NCBI GenBank assembly: GCA_016779525.1 | Contig: JADHNL010000003.1 | Span: forward strand, 1 to 56,533 | Reading direction: 5' to 3' | DNA length: 56,533 nucleotides | Source: SAR86 cluster bacterium | Lineage (GTDB): Bacteria > Pseudomonadota > Gammaproteobacteria > Magnimaribacterales > TMED112 | Shown: piece after piece, positions 9,996 through 19,685 of the stretch | Layout: each line of letters begins with the position of its first letter | Position numbering within the stretch: the stretch's first letter is position 1 | The notes under the pieces: model-generated | The model's database searches: none | The model's input: the letters and a program-made list of their open reading frames with translations, nothing else | What the model was told of the DNA's origin: nothing | Translations under genes and position numbers: made by a program

Positions 9996-10953
9996 GTATC
10001 TGATGCATAGTTAAAAATCCAACTACAACACCATTTTCTTTAACTACAAGGTTATAAATTTTATTTTTCTGCATAAATTTTGCTGCATGAGCTACTAACA
10101 AATTACTTTCAATTGTTTTAAAAGATTTGGTCATCACCTGGCCAATGTTAGCATTATCGATATCTATTTTTTTTTCTAAATTTCTTCTAAGGTCACCATC
10201 TGAAAAAATTCCAATAATTTTAGAATGTTTGTCATTTGTCCGAGTTATCAATGCAAATCCTTGCTTCTTCTTAGAAATTTCAATGAGCACTTTCCTTATG
10301 CTTAATTCCTCATCCACTAAAGGAGCATTCTTAACCTCAGTCATTACATCAGATATTTTTAGTGTTAGTTTTCTCCCAAGTTTTCCGCCCGGATGGGACT
10401 TAGCAAAATCTTTTTCGCTAAATTTTCTAGCCTTAAGAATTGCTACAGCTATTGAATCGCCTAATGCAAGAGTCACTGTTGTGCTTGAAGTTGGAGCCAA
10501 CCCATTTGGACATGCCTCTTTAGTTACTTTTACTTCTATATGAGTATCTGAAGCTAATCCAATAGATGAGCTACTATTCTCAGTAATTGACAATAATTTG
10601 ATTTTTAAATTTTTAATTGCTGGCAGAAGCTCAACTATTTCTTTACTTTCTCCAGATTTTGAAATTGCGATTAATAAATCTTTCTTTTGTATCATGCCTA
10701 CATCGCCATGCAGAGCTTCTGCTGGATGTATAAAGAAAGATGGAGTTCCTGTGCTAGAGAGTGTTGCAGCGATTTTATTTGCTATGTGACCCGATTTGCC
10801 AACACCTGTAAGAAATACCTTGCCTTTACAATTGAAAATATCTTCACAAAACTTATTTACCTTGAAAGATTTTGACTCAATAAAGCTTTTTAACTCATCT
10901 AATTCGATTAAAAGTGCTTTTTTTGCTTCTTTTTGGAAATTTATTTTTTTCAT
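9976..10953 (-). CDS. kdsD: arabinose-5-phosphate isomerase (KpsF/GutQ family)
   Basis: GVGKSGHI, HPAEALHGD, EACPNGLAPTSST, HPGGKLG and a C-terminal CBS pair. Confidence 0.96.
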   Translation of the reverse strand: MKKINFQKEAKKALLIELDELKSFIESKSFKVNKFCEDIFNCKGKVFLTGVGKSGHIANKIAATLSSTGTPSFFIHPAEALHGDVGMIQKKDLLIAISKSGESKEIVELLPAIKNLKIKLLSITENSSSSIGLASDTHIEVKVTKEACPNGLAPTSSTTVTLALGDSIAVAILKARKFSEKDFAKSHPGGKLGRKLTLKISDVMTEVKNAPLVDEELSIRKVLIEISKKKQGFALITRTNDKHSKIIGIFSDGDLRRNLEKKIDIDNANIGQVMTKSFKTIESNLLVAHAAKFMQKNKIYNLVVKENGVVVGFLTMHQILESNVL

Positions 10954-10971
10954 TTCTACTATAATTACAAT
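10954..10971. promoter_or_regulatory. 18-bp divergent promoter region between kdsD and mlaC
   Basis: Plus strand has perfect TATAAT (10960-10965), 6 nt, then the mlaC ATG. Minus strand has TATAGT and TATTGT hexamers 4 and 13 nt before the kdsD ATG. Confidence 0.55.
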
Positions 10972-11598
10972 ATGTTACGACTTTTTTTCTATAAATTAAT
11001 ATTTCTTGCAATATTCTCTCTTAATTTAAATGCAGATCGAATACCGGAAATCCACTCATTCATTGACAAAAATGCTCAGTACTTTTTGACAATAATTAAA
11101 ACAGAAGGTTCAGAGTATGAGGCAGACCCAGAAAAATTTAAAAATAAATTAAAGAATATCTGGGAGCCAATGGTTGATGTTAGGTTAGTCTCTCGATTGA
11201 TTTTAAGTAAAGCATATTCTGCTGCTAGCGAAGATCAAGTTTTGCGTTTCCAAGAGAGAACAAAAAAACTTTTACTAGACACATATGTTACTACTCTTCT
11301 TGAATTCAAAGACTATGATCTTTCCACTGACCAAGAAATAAAAGTAAATAAAAACAAAACGTTTGAGGTTAATGTTAGATTTTCCTCGAATACTTCGTAT
11401 TCATTCTCAACAAAATTCACAGTGTACAAAAATAATGCAGGAGAGTATAAGATTGTAAATATAATAATAGATGGAATAAATTTAGGGCTTACATTTAGAA
11501 ATCAATTTCAAGGAGTGCTAAAAAAATCTAACTTTGATCTTGATGAAGCTATAAATTCTTGGCAACCTTTATCAAGCGAAGAGCTATTTAGTACTTAA
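10972..11598 (+). CDS. mlaC: MlaC/Ttg2D periplasmic phospholipid shuttle
   Basis: Signal peptide and YKIVNIIIDGINLGLTFRNQF motif. Start moved from the track's 10933 to ATG 10972 to avoid overlap with divergent kdsD. Confidence 0.88.
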   Translation: MLRLFFYKLIFLAIFSLNLNADRIPEIHSFIDKNAQYFLTIIKTEGSEYEADPEKFKNKLKNIWEPMVDVRLVSRLILSKAYSAASEDQVLRFQERTKKLLLDTYVTTLLEFKDYDLSTDQEIKVNKNKTFEVNVRFSSNTSYSFSTKFTVYKNNAGEYKIVNIIIDGINLGLTFRNQFQGVLKKSNFDLDEAINSWQPLSSEELFST

Positions 11599-11599
11599 A

Positions 11600-12862
11600 A
11601 TGGAAAGGTTAATTATAAAGGGCGGCATTCAGCTGCATGGCGAAGTTGAATGTTCAGGAGCCAAAAACGCTGGGCTCCCTATTCTTGCTTCTTCTATACT
11701 ATTTGACAATTCAATCTCAATCTTTAATTTGCCACATTTAAAAGATATTTCAACAATGTTGGAATTGCTTAATTCCATGGGATCTCAAATAAGATTTGAG
11801 GAAAACAAAGGCATACATATTGACTCATCTTCTATAACTAACCCTGAAGCAAGGTATGAGCTTGTTAAAACTATGAGGGCATCTGTTTTAGTTATGGGGC
11901 CGCTTCTTGCAAAATATGGCAAAGCAAAAATTTCTCAACCTGGCGGATGTAATATTGGAAGCAGACCTATTGATTTTCATCTCGCAGGATTGCAACAGAT
12001 GGGGGCGAGCATAACCACAGATTCTAAGTTTATTTATTTAGAAGCAAATAAATTGAAGGCTACAAATTTCAAGTTTCCAAAAATTTCGGTGACAGGGACT
12101 GAAAATTTAATAATGGCGTCAATTTTTTGTGAAGGGTCTACTGTTTTAGAAAATTGTGCTAGGGAACCTGAGGTTGTAGATTTAATAAACTTCCTTAACT
12201 CATCAGGCGCAAAAATATCTGGAGGAGGTGAATCCAAAATTATCATAGAAGGGGTAGATGCTTTAAATCAAATAGAGTGGAATATTCTTCCAGATAGAAT
12301 AGAGGCAGGAACCTACCTTGTAGCAGGGGCTATTACCAATGGCCATGTCAAGGTAAACGGCATTCAATCATGTCTTCTAGAGCCAATAATTCAGAAGTTT
12401 GAAGAAATGGGAGTCTTAATAAATACTGGTGAGAATTTTGTTGAGTTAGATGCAACATCAACAGAACTTAAATCATGCAATATTAGTACGGAGCCATTTC
12501 CTGGCTTTCCAACAGATATGCAAGCGCAATTTATGACATTAAATTCAATTTCTAGGGGTAGAAGCACTATTATAGAGAATGTTTTTGAGAATAGATTCCA
12601 ACATGTAGTTGAGCTAAAAAAGATGGGGGCAGATATATCATTAAACGGAAGTTCAGCCCACATTAATGGAGTAGCAAATCTGATTGGTTCGTCTGTAATT
12701 GCCTCTGATCTTAGAGCTTCAGCAAGCTTAGTATTAGCAGGTCTGGTAGGGAAGAATAGAACTGAAATAGAAGATATTTTTCATATCGATCGTGGCTACG
12801 AGTGCATAGAGGAAAAGCTCAATAAGCTTGGGGCAGAAATAATTAGAGAGCCGATTATTTAA
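11600..12862 (+). CDS. murA: UDP-N-acetylglucosamine 1-carboxyvinyltransferase
   Basis: SGAKNA, MRAS, PGGCNIGSRP (active-site Cys), PDRIEAGT, PGFPTDMQAQ, IDRGYE. Confidence 0.99.
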   Translation: MERLIIKGGIQLHGEVECSGAKNAGLPILASSILFDNSISIFNLPHLKDISTMLELLNSMGSQIRFEENKGIHIDSSSITNPEARYELVKTMRASVLVMGPLLAKYGKAKISQPGGCNIGSRPIDFHLAGLQQMGASITTDSKFIYLEANKLKATNFKFPKISVTGTENLIMASIFCEGSTVLENCAREPEVVDLINFLNSSGAKISGGGESKIIIEGVDALNQIEWNILPDRIEAGTYLVAGAITNGHVKVNGIQSCLLEPIIQKFEEMGVLINTGENFVELDATSTELKSCNISTEPFPGFPTDMQAQFMTLNSISRGRSTIIENVFENRFQHVVELKKMGADISLNGSSAHINGVANLIGSSVIASDLRASASLVLAGLVGKNRTEIEDIFHIDRGYECIEEKLNKLGAEIIREPII

Positions 12863-13812
12863 TTTTCAGGCTTTAGGACTGTAACAATCTTAAGTTTAAT
12901 TGTCTTGTTTTCTCTTACTACTTCTAGCTCAATTTCTTCTCCAGGTGCAATACTATTTATTGATGCGATGAAAGTGGCCCAAACGGCGTCTGCTCCTTTA
13001 ATTTTCAGAATAATATCACCGTCTTTCAAGCCGTTGCTTATAGTTCCATCATTCCCTATAACCAACAACCCAGGAATAAGTTGGTTGTCTTGATCTCTGT
13101 ATGAAATGCCTCTAAATCTAAAATCTCCTATCCACGCACGTTTTATTTTTCCATATTTTATTATTTCTTGTGCAATTGAAATAACTTTATCTGAAGGAAG
13201 GGCAAAACCCACGCCCTCTGAGCCTCCAGATATTGATGCAATAGAAACATTCATCCCAATAAATTCGCCGTATTCATTAAGTAATGCACCACCTGAGTTA
13301 CCTCTGTTTATTGAAGCGTCAGTTTGAAAGATATCTAAATATGGATTGCCAAAGTTTCTTCCGGTAGCACTCAAGATTCCTGAAGAAACTGAAATACCCA
13401 AATTAAATGGATTCCCAAGTGCAAAAACCTTGTCTCCAATAGAGACATCAAGTTTCTCTGGAAATTTAATTGGCCTCAGTGAATTCATTTCACTTTTTAA
13501 TACAGCAATATCAGAAAATTGATCATATCCTATAAGTGTAGCCGGAAAATTTTTACCTTCGTAAACTAATGTAATGCTTGTTGCATTATTAACTAGATGT
13601 GATGCAGTAATTACATAACCATCATCAGAGATTATTACTCCAGAACCAAAGTTTGAATTTCCACGAAAATTTGTAGATTTAACCTCAATTATAGAATCAA
13701 TTAATTCCTCAAAATTCAATTCATCATTGATTGATTGGTTTTGCTTAAAAAGCACAATCTGTGAGCCAATAATTAGCCCAAAAAATAATATTACTAAAAA
13801 CAGGTTTTTCAT
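12859..13812 (-). CDS. degS: DegS/AlgW-like HtrA serine protease with one PDZ domain
   Basis: TM anchor, triad motifs TASH, DIAVL and QTDASINRGNSGG, one C-terminal PDZ. Confidence 0.85.
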   Translation of the reverse strand: MKNLFLVILFFGLIIGSQIVLFKQNQSINDELNFEELIDSIIEVKSTNFRGNSNFGSGVIISDDGYVITASHLVNNATSITLVYEGKNFPATLIGYDQFSDIAVLKSEMNSLRPIKFPEKLDVSIGDKVFALGNPFNLGISVSSGILSATGRNFGNPYLDIFQTDASINRGNSGGALLNEYGEFIGMNVSIASISGGSEGVGFALPSDKVISIAQEIIKYGKIKRAWIGDFRFRGISYRDQDNQLIPGLLVIGNDGTISNGLKDGDIILKIKGADAVWATFIASINSIAPGEEIELEVVRENKTIKLKIVTVLKPEN

Positions 13813-13867
13813 GTTTCAAATCTATCCCCTTTATATTAATATATAGCACGTCAACTTTGAGCATTAC

Positions 13868-14293
13868 ATGAAAACTACAGCACTTAGAACTCAAGACATT
13901 GAGCAAAAATGGTACTTAATTGACTGTTCGGGCCAAACATTAGGCAGACTTTCAGTCAAGGTAGCTAATATTTTAAGAGGCAAAAATAAACCTGAATTCA
14001 CTCCAAACGCAGATGTCGGGGATTTTGTAGTTCTTGTAAATGCAAAAAACTTAAAAGTTACAGGTTCAAAGAATGAGGACAAGATTTACTACAGGCATAC
14101 CGGCTATCCAGGCGGAATTAAGCAAATAAACTTCAAGGACTTGCTAGATAGGGATCCTGAGAAAGTTTTAAAGCTTGCGGTCAAAGGAATGCTTCCAAAG
14201 AATAAATTAAACAGGCAAGTAATTAAAAAGTTAAAAGTTTATGCAGGAGAAGACCATCCTCATGAAGCACAAAAACCTGAGGTATTGAATTAA
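13868..14293 (+). CDS. rplM: 50S ribosomal protein L13
   Basis: [33 protein letters not shown]. Confidence 0.99.
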   Translation: MKTTALRTQDIEQKWYLIDCSGQTLGRLSVKVANILRGKNKPEFTPNADVGDFVVLVNAKNLKVTGSKNEDKIYYRHTGYPGGIKQINFKDLLDRDPEKVLKLAVKGMLPKNKLNRQVIKKLKVYAGEDHPHEAQKPEVLN

Positions 14294-14673
14294 TGTCAGT
14301 TATTTCAGGAAGAAGAAAGGAAGCCACAGCTGTGGTAAGATTAAAAAAAGGTAGTGGTGTCATCACGGTTAACAAAAAAAGTCTTGATGATTATTTTGGC
14401 AGGGATGTTGCTAAAATGATCGTTCGCCAACCTCTGGTTCTAACTAAACAAGATAATGCTTACGATTTTGACATTAAAGTTGAGGGTGGTGGTTCGTTTG
14501 GGCAAGCTGGAGCAATTAGACTTGCTATTTCAAAAGCGCTTATTGCCGAGACTCCTGATCTAAGAGCAGAATTAAAAAAAGCGGGTTACCTAACAAGAGA
14601 TTCAAGAGTTAAAGAAAGAAAAAAAGTTGGGTTGAAAAAAGCCAGAAAGAGCCCACAATTCTCTAAGAGATAA
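14293..14673 (+). CDS. rpsI: 30S ribosomal protein S9
   Basis: [30 protein letters not shown]. Confidence 0.99.
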   Translation: MSVISGRRKEATAVVRLKKGSGVITVNKKSLDDYFGRDVAKMIVRQPLVLTKQDNAYDFDIKVEGGGSFGQAGAIRLAISKALIAETPDLRAELKKAGYLTRDSRVKERKKVGLKKARKSPQFSKR

Positions 14674-14680
14674 TAAATTA

Positions 14681-15235
14681 ATGTCAAAAAAAGTTGACCA
14701 AAATAGAAGAAAAGCTCTTCATATTACATCTGGAATTGTTGGTGCAGTGACAGTAGCAGGTTTTGCAGTCCCATTTTTGAGTGCGTGGAATCCCAGCGAA
14801 AAAGCTAAAGCACTAGGGGCTTCTGTTGAATTCGATCTTTCCAAATTAGAAGTTGGCGCTATGGCGGTTTTAGAATGGAGAAGAACTCCAATCTTTGTTG
14901 TTCATCAAACGTCAAAGGCTCTTGAAAATTTACCTAAACTCGACTCGAAGGTCACAAATCCAGCTATTGAAGAAGGTATAACACGCTCAGAAAATAGCAA
15001 ATATACTGTCCTTAAAGGGGTCTGCACTCATCTATCTTGTGCACCGAAATATTATCCTGAAATAGAGCCCAAAGCTTGGGATCAAGAATGGTTGGGAGGT
15101 TTTTTCTGTCCATGTCATGGCTCAAAGTTTGATTTAGCTGGGAGAGTTTACAAGGGTGTTCCAGCTCCAACTAATCTAGAGGTTCCACCTCATTCTTTTG
15201 ATGGGGATGTGCTCATAGTAGGAGATTCAGCATAA
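14681..15235 (+). CDS. petA: cytochrome bc1 Rieske iron-sulfur subunit
   Basis: Twin-arginine anchor; CTHLSC and CPCHGS boxes. Confidence 0.98.
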   Translation: MSKKVDQNRRKALHITSGIVGAVTVAGFAVPFLSAWNPSEKAKALGASVEFDLSKLEVGAMAVLEWRRTPIFVVHQTSKALENLPKLDSKVTNPAIEEGITRSENSKYTVLKGVCTHLSCAPKYYPEIEPKAWDQEWLGGFFCPCHGSKFDLAGRVYKGVPAPTNLEVPPHSFDGDVLIVGDSA

Positions 15236-15236
15236 G

Positions 15237-16481
15237 ATGGGTGAGCAAAATAAATCTTTCATGAATTGGATCGATAAACGTTTTCCCGTCACTGAAAACC
15301 TAGAAAGACATTTAACAAAACATCCAGTACCTAAAAAAGTAAACTTTTTCTACATCTTCGGTGCCTTGCTCATGGTCATTTTCATGGTTCAGGTAATTAC
15401 TGGAATATGGCTAATGATGTTCTATACAAATACAGAAGAAGGAGCATTTGCATCAGTCGAATACATAATGAGGGATGTAGAGTATGGCTGGTTAATGCGA
15501 TATATGCACAGCACAGGTGCCAGTGCATTCTTTTTCTTAATGTATTTTCATATGTTTAGAGGTTTACTCTATGGGTCTTATCAAAAACCAAAAGAATTAG
15601 TTTGGTTATTTGGATGTTTCCTCTTGTTTTTGTTAATGGCTGAAGGCTTTCTTGGATATGTATTGCCATGGGGGCAGATGTCATATTGGGCGGCAAATGT
15701 AATTTTATCTTTATTTGGTGCAATTCCAGTAATTGGGCCAGATCTCCAAGTATGGATTCAGGGGGATTATGTTTTATCTGGCGCGACATTGTCTCGTTTT
15801 TTTGCCTTACATGTCGTGGTTGTGCCATTGCTTATGATTGCATTGGTTGTATTTCACATATTTGCATTACATGAAGTTGGAGCTGGTAATCCAGAAGGAG
15901 TTGATATTGAGAAACATAGAGACGAAAATGGAATGCCCTTAGATGGAGCCCCATTCCATCCATATAAAACTTTTAGCGCTCTGCCTGCCATTGGAATTTT
16001 CTTTGTAATTTTCTTCGCAATTGTATTTTTTGCTCCAGAGGGCGGAGGATATTTTTTGGAAAAACCAAATTTTGAAGAAGCAGACTTTCTTAAGACCCCA
16101 GAACACATTGCACCAGTTTGGTACTATGCTCCATTTTATTCAATTCTAAGAGCAATAACATTTGGAATTCCATTTTTAGGCATCACAAGCAAATTTCTAG
16201 GTTTCATAATTTTTGCAGCCAGTATTGCAATTCTTTTTGTAGTGCCATGGCTAGATAGATCAAAAGTTCAGAGCATTAGATATAAGGGAATCTATAGTAA
16301 AATTGGAATGATATTATTCGCAGCCTCATTTATTACACTTGGCTATTTGGGAACGAAGCCCGTTAATGAGTTAAGGACTCTAATTGCTCAAATTTCCACA
16401 TTATTTTATTTCTTACCACTTTTGCTAATGCCTATTTACACCAAATATGAAAAAACCTTAGAGGTCCCAGACAGACTATGA
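15237..16481 (+). CDS. petB: cytochrome b
   Basis: RYMH/FH heme ligands, PWGQMSYW, RFFALH, PVWY (PEWY variant). Confidence 0.99.
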   Translation: MGEQNKSFMNWIDKRFPVTENLERHLTKHPVPKKVNFFYIFGALLMVIFMVQVITGIWLMMFYTNTEEGAFASVEYIMRDVEYGWLMRYMHSTGASAFFFLMYFHMFRGLLYGSYQKPKELVWLFGCFLLFLLMAEGFLGYVLPWGQMSYWAANVILSLFGAIPVIGPDLQVWIQGDYVLSGATLSRFFALHVVVVPLLMIALVVFHIFALHEVGAGNPEGVDIEKHRDENGMPLDGAPFHPYKTFSALPAIGIFFVIFFAIVFFAPEGGGYFLEKPNFEEADFLKTPEHIAPVWYYAPFYSILRAITFGIPFLGITSKFLGFIIFAASIAILFVVPWLDRSKVQSIRYKGIYSKIGMILFAASFITLGYLGTKPVNELRTLIAQISTLFYFLPLLLMPIYTKYEKTLEVPDRL

Positions 16482-17197
16482 TCAGAGGGCTTATTTTTTT
16501 ACTACTAACTTTTTTCTCTGGGAAGCTGCTTCCAGCAGGAGAAAGTGAATGTGGGTCCCTAGAAAGCTGTCTTGAGTATAAAGCTGACGTTCATGACTTA
16601 TATTCTCTTCAAAGGGGGTTGGGGGTATACATGAATTATTGTTCAAGTTGCCACAGTTTGCAGTACTTAAGATGGAACAGGTTGCAAAGAGACCTGGATA
16701 TCCCTGAGACCATTTTACAGGATGATCTTATTTTAAACCCAGAAATAAAAAGTAGTGATTATATGATTTTTGGCCTAAATGAAGGTGATTCAACAGCTTG
16801 GCTTGGAGCCTCTGCGCCTGACTTGACACTTAGAACGAGAGTTAGAGGTGAAAGTTGGGTTTATACCTATTTAAAATCGTTTTACGAGGATGCATCAAGA
16901 CCGTTAGGCTCTAATAATTTAGTTTTACAAGGAAGTTCAATGCCAAATGTATTAGCGAGTATACAAGGCAACCAGCAGTTAAGCGATAAGGGTTTCCTGG
17001 TAAAAGTATCAGAAGGTAGCTTAACAGATGAACAGTTTGATAACTCGATGAAGGATCTTGTTAACTTTTTGGCCTATGCAGCTGAGCCAATTAGAAGAGA
17101 CAGAGAAAAAAATGGAATATTTGTGATATTATTCTTCGTGATTTTTACTGCTGTCATGTGGCTACTTAATCGAGAATACTCTAAGGATATAAAATGA
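16478..17197 (+). CDS. petC: cytochrome c1
   Basis: CSSCH heme motif, APDL, SMP axial Met, C-terminal TM anchor. Confidence 0.97.
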   Translation: MIRGLIFLLLTFFSGKLLPAGESECGSLESCLEYKADVHDLYSLQRGLGVYMNYCSSCHSLQYLRWNRLQRDLDIPETILQDDLILNPEIKSSDYMIFGLNEGDSTAWLGASAPDLTLRTRVRGESWVYTYLKSFYEDASRPLGSNNLVLQGSSMPNVLASIQGNQQLSDKGFLVKVSEGSLTDEQFDNSMKDLVNFLAYAAEPIRRDREKNGIFVILFFVIFTAVMWLLNREYSKDIK

Positions 17198-17814
17198 TTT
17201 TTTACTCAGAAGAAAAAGGACATTACAGTCACATGGTGAGGCTTGTGTTGGCTGAAAAAGATATTTCGTGTGAGGTCAAAGAGTTTGACCCAGAGGGAAG
17301 CCTTCCTGACGAGTTACCAGCTATAAATCCCTACAATAAGCTCCCGGTACTTGTAGACAGGGAAGTAACTATTTATGAGCCACGAATTATTCTGGAATAT
17401 CTTGATGAAAGATTTCCTCATCCACCACTTTTACCAATATATCCAAACGAAAAAGCAGAGTGCAAGCTTTTAATTCATAGAATTGAAAGAGATTGGCTGC
17501 CATTGATTGATAAAATGATGGACCCAAAAGTTTCACAAAAAGACTTTGATAAGCTGAAAAAAGAGCTTGTATCTTTGGTATCAGGAATCGTATTGGTCTT
17601 AAAGGAAAAGCCATACTTTATGAGCGATGAATTTACATTAGTTGATTGTTACATGTCAGCTATTTTGTATAGACTTCCATACCTTGGTGTGACTGTGCCA
17701 GATACAAAATCTTTTTCAACCTTAAGAAATTATCAGAAAAAATTATTTTCTAGATCAAGTTTTGACCTATCATTAACTGATTCTGAGAGAGATTTAAAAT
17801 ATTCATTCAATTAA
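17194..17814 (+). CDS. sspA: stringent starvation protein A (GST fold)
   Basis: NPYNKLP, EYLDERFPHPPLLP, YFMSDEFTLVDC; conserved position after petC. Confidence 0.95.
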   Translation: MIFYSEEKGHYSHMVRLVLAEKDISCEVKEFDPEGSLPDELPAINPYNKLPVLVDREVTIYEPRIILEYLDERFPHPPLLPIYPNEKAECKLLIHRIERDWLPLIDKMMDPKVSQKDFDKLKKELVSLVSGIVLVLKEKPYFMSDEFTLVDCYMSAILYRLPYLGVTVPDTKSFSTLRNYQKKLFSRSSFDLSLTDSERDLKYSFN

Positions 17815-18841
17815 AATAAGAAGTTGATTCTATTTTTCTTTTTGTAAGTGTATAAATCCCGCCGTATCCACGCAATTCACCCAGCAATTTATTCGACTTA
17901 GCATAGGCTAACAGCATTGAATCATATCCCAGAGTATAGCTTCTGCTTTTTTTAAGATCGTAACCAAATGGATTTTCATAAGTATGATCAAAAGTATTTA
18001 TTTGATGTAGTGTAATTTCATTTAAATCAAGCTGATTATCAAGATCAAAAGTAAGAATTGAAATCTTATAATTCAACCCATAATTAAAGCGTATCTTTGA
18101 AGCAATATCGTATACTTCATCTTCATTTTCTGGAAAAATTACAATTTGATCTATATCAGTTCGAGTTCTTGGTTCAAAATTTACTTTTGAAAAACTTGCT
18201 TCTTTCACTAACTCGTACCTACTTTCACTTTGAGATACACCTAAAGTAAAGCGAATATTGTTTTCCGATAAAGGTTGCTGTAAAAAAACATAATCCAAGT
18301 TTTGGTCTAGTCTCTCAAAATTTTTTTGAGCATTATTCCCAGCCAATAAAATCTTTGTCGCCTTTAGTCTTAATAGGTGTTTATTCAAAGAGTTTATTTG
18401 TGCTTGCGAATTTGGTGGCACAAACATATTATTCCTTGCAGTATTCATTAAAATTAGATTTAAATTTGCTCCTTGGTTATCAAGAATTTCAACCTGCATT
18501 GGGTCAAATGGCCCAATAATAAAACTATTCTGATTAGAATCTAATGAGCTACCTTCATCAAAAAATTTTACAGAATTTTTTATCTTAAGATCCATGTAAG
18601 CGTGCATTACACCTAGCTGATAATAGGTTGAAAAGCTCTCATATTCATTAGGATCAGGAATTAAGAAAATATATTCAAATGCATTTGATTCGGTTAAATT
18701 TTTAGGAACATTAGAAATTGTCGTGAAAGCTAAATTATCAATTGGCATTAAATAGCTCTCATTATTTTTTTCCAACTGTACATTCGAACAAGCAGAGACC
18801 AGGATTATATGAAATACTATTAATAAAAATGTTCTAAGCAT
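17807..18841 (-). CDS. lpoA: PBP1A activator LpoA/LppC-like lipoprotein, C-terminal domain only
   Basis: Lipobox VSAC; IIGP, RTRTDID, RSYTLGYDS and LRGYGG resemble the LppC domain; divergent from rsmI as in other gammaproteobacteria. Confidence 0.72.
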   Translation of the reverse strand: MLRTFLLIVFHIILVSACSNVQLEKNNESYLMPIDNLAFTTISNVPKNLTESNAFEYIFLIPDPNEYESFSTYYQLGVMHAYMDLKIKNSVKFFDEGSSLDSNQNSFIIGPFDPMQVEILDNQGANLNLILMNTARNNMFVPPNSQAQINSLNKHLLRLKATKILLAGNNAQKNFERLDQNLDYVFLQQPLSENNIRFTLGVSQSESRYELVKEASFSKVNFEPRTRTDIDQIVIFPENEDEVYDIASKIRFNYGLNYKISILTFDLDNQLDLNEITLHQINTFDHTYENPFGYDLKKSRSYTLGYDSMLLAYAKSNKLLGELRGYGGIYTLTKRKIESTSYFN

Positions 18842-19673
18842 GATTTTTTATATTATACCTACACCCATAGGCAACCTTAATGATTTATCAAATAGATCAT
18901 TAAAAATTTTATCCAGCTTAGATTTTCTTGTGGTCGAAAATTTTAGCACTACCAGAAAGCTTTTAAATTATTATTCATTAAAAGTACCAAAAATAATCAC
19001 TTATAACGATCAATCCTCTGCAGAAACCAGATCTAAAATCTATGAACGAATTAAAAAAGGCATGTCTGGTGCATTGGTGTCAGATTCTGGATCTCCCCTA
19101 ATATCTGATCCAGGCTACAAATTAATTAATTTACTCATTAAAGAAAATATTGAAATTGTTAGCATTCCAGGACCAAGCTCGATTTTATCAGCGCTTGTAG
19201 CAAGTGGCCTGCCAACCGATAGGTTTCAATTTTTAGGTTTTTTCCCTAGAAAAGAAAAAGAAAAACTGACTTTCGTAGATTCAATTCAAAAATTTTCTGG
19301 AACTAGTATTTTTTTTGACTCCCCAAAAAGAGTGCTTAAAAATCTTCTTTGGCTTGAGCAAAGCTTTGATGTCTGCAAATTTGATATTTGTATTGCTAAG
19401 GAGATTTCAAAATTAAATGAACAATATCTAAGGGGTAAGCCTTTGGATATCATTAAGTTAATTTCAGAAAAAAAAGACTTCTTAAGAGGCGAATTTGTTT
19501 TACTCATTAACCCTAATTATGAAAAAGTGCAAAACTTTCAGCTAGAAAGTTTTTATGTAAATTTTTCTCGATACTTACCAATAAAGGATTTGACAAATGC
19601 TGTTCATGAAATAACTGGAGAACCAAAAAATAAAATATATAAATTATTTTTAACACTTTCAAAAAAAGCTTGA
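18840..19673 (+). CDS. rsmI: 16S rRNA C1402 2'-O-methyltransferase
   Basis: TPIGNL, LVSDSGSPLISDPG, IPGPS, FLGFFP, RGEFVL. Confidence 0.96.
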   Translation: MIFYIIPTPIGNLNDLSNRSLKILSSLDFLVVENFSTTRKLLNYYSLKVPKIITYNDQSSAETRSKIYERIKKGMSGALVSDSGSPLISDPGYKLINLLIKENIEIVSIPGPSSILSALVASGLPTDRFQFLGFFPRKEKEKLTFVDSIQKFSGTSIFFDSPKRVLKNLLWLEQSFDVCKFDICIAKEISKLNEQYLRGKPLDIIKLISEKKDFLRGEFVLLINPNYEKVQNFQLESFYVNFSRYLPIKDLTNAVHEITGEPKNKIYKLFLTLSKKA

Positions 19674-19679
19674 TAATAT
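19650..19679 (+). promoter_or_regulatory. possible sigma70 promoter of rnpB (and perhaps ftsZ)
   Basis: TTAACA (19650-19655), 18 nt, TAATAT (19674-19679), 6 nt before the P1 5' strand. The AT-rich context makes this weak. Confidence 0.35.
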
Positions 19680-19685
19680 AAACTC

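Noticed and set aside
16105-16130. PVWY instead of PEWY in cytochrome b
   Set aside because: A known, common variant in beta- and gammaproteobacterial bc1 complexes.
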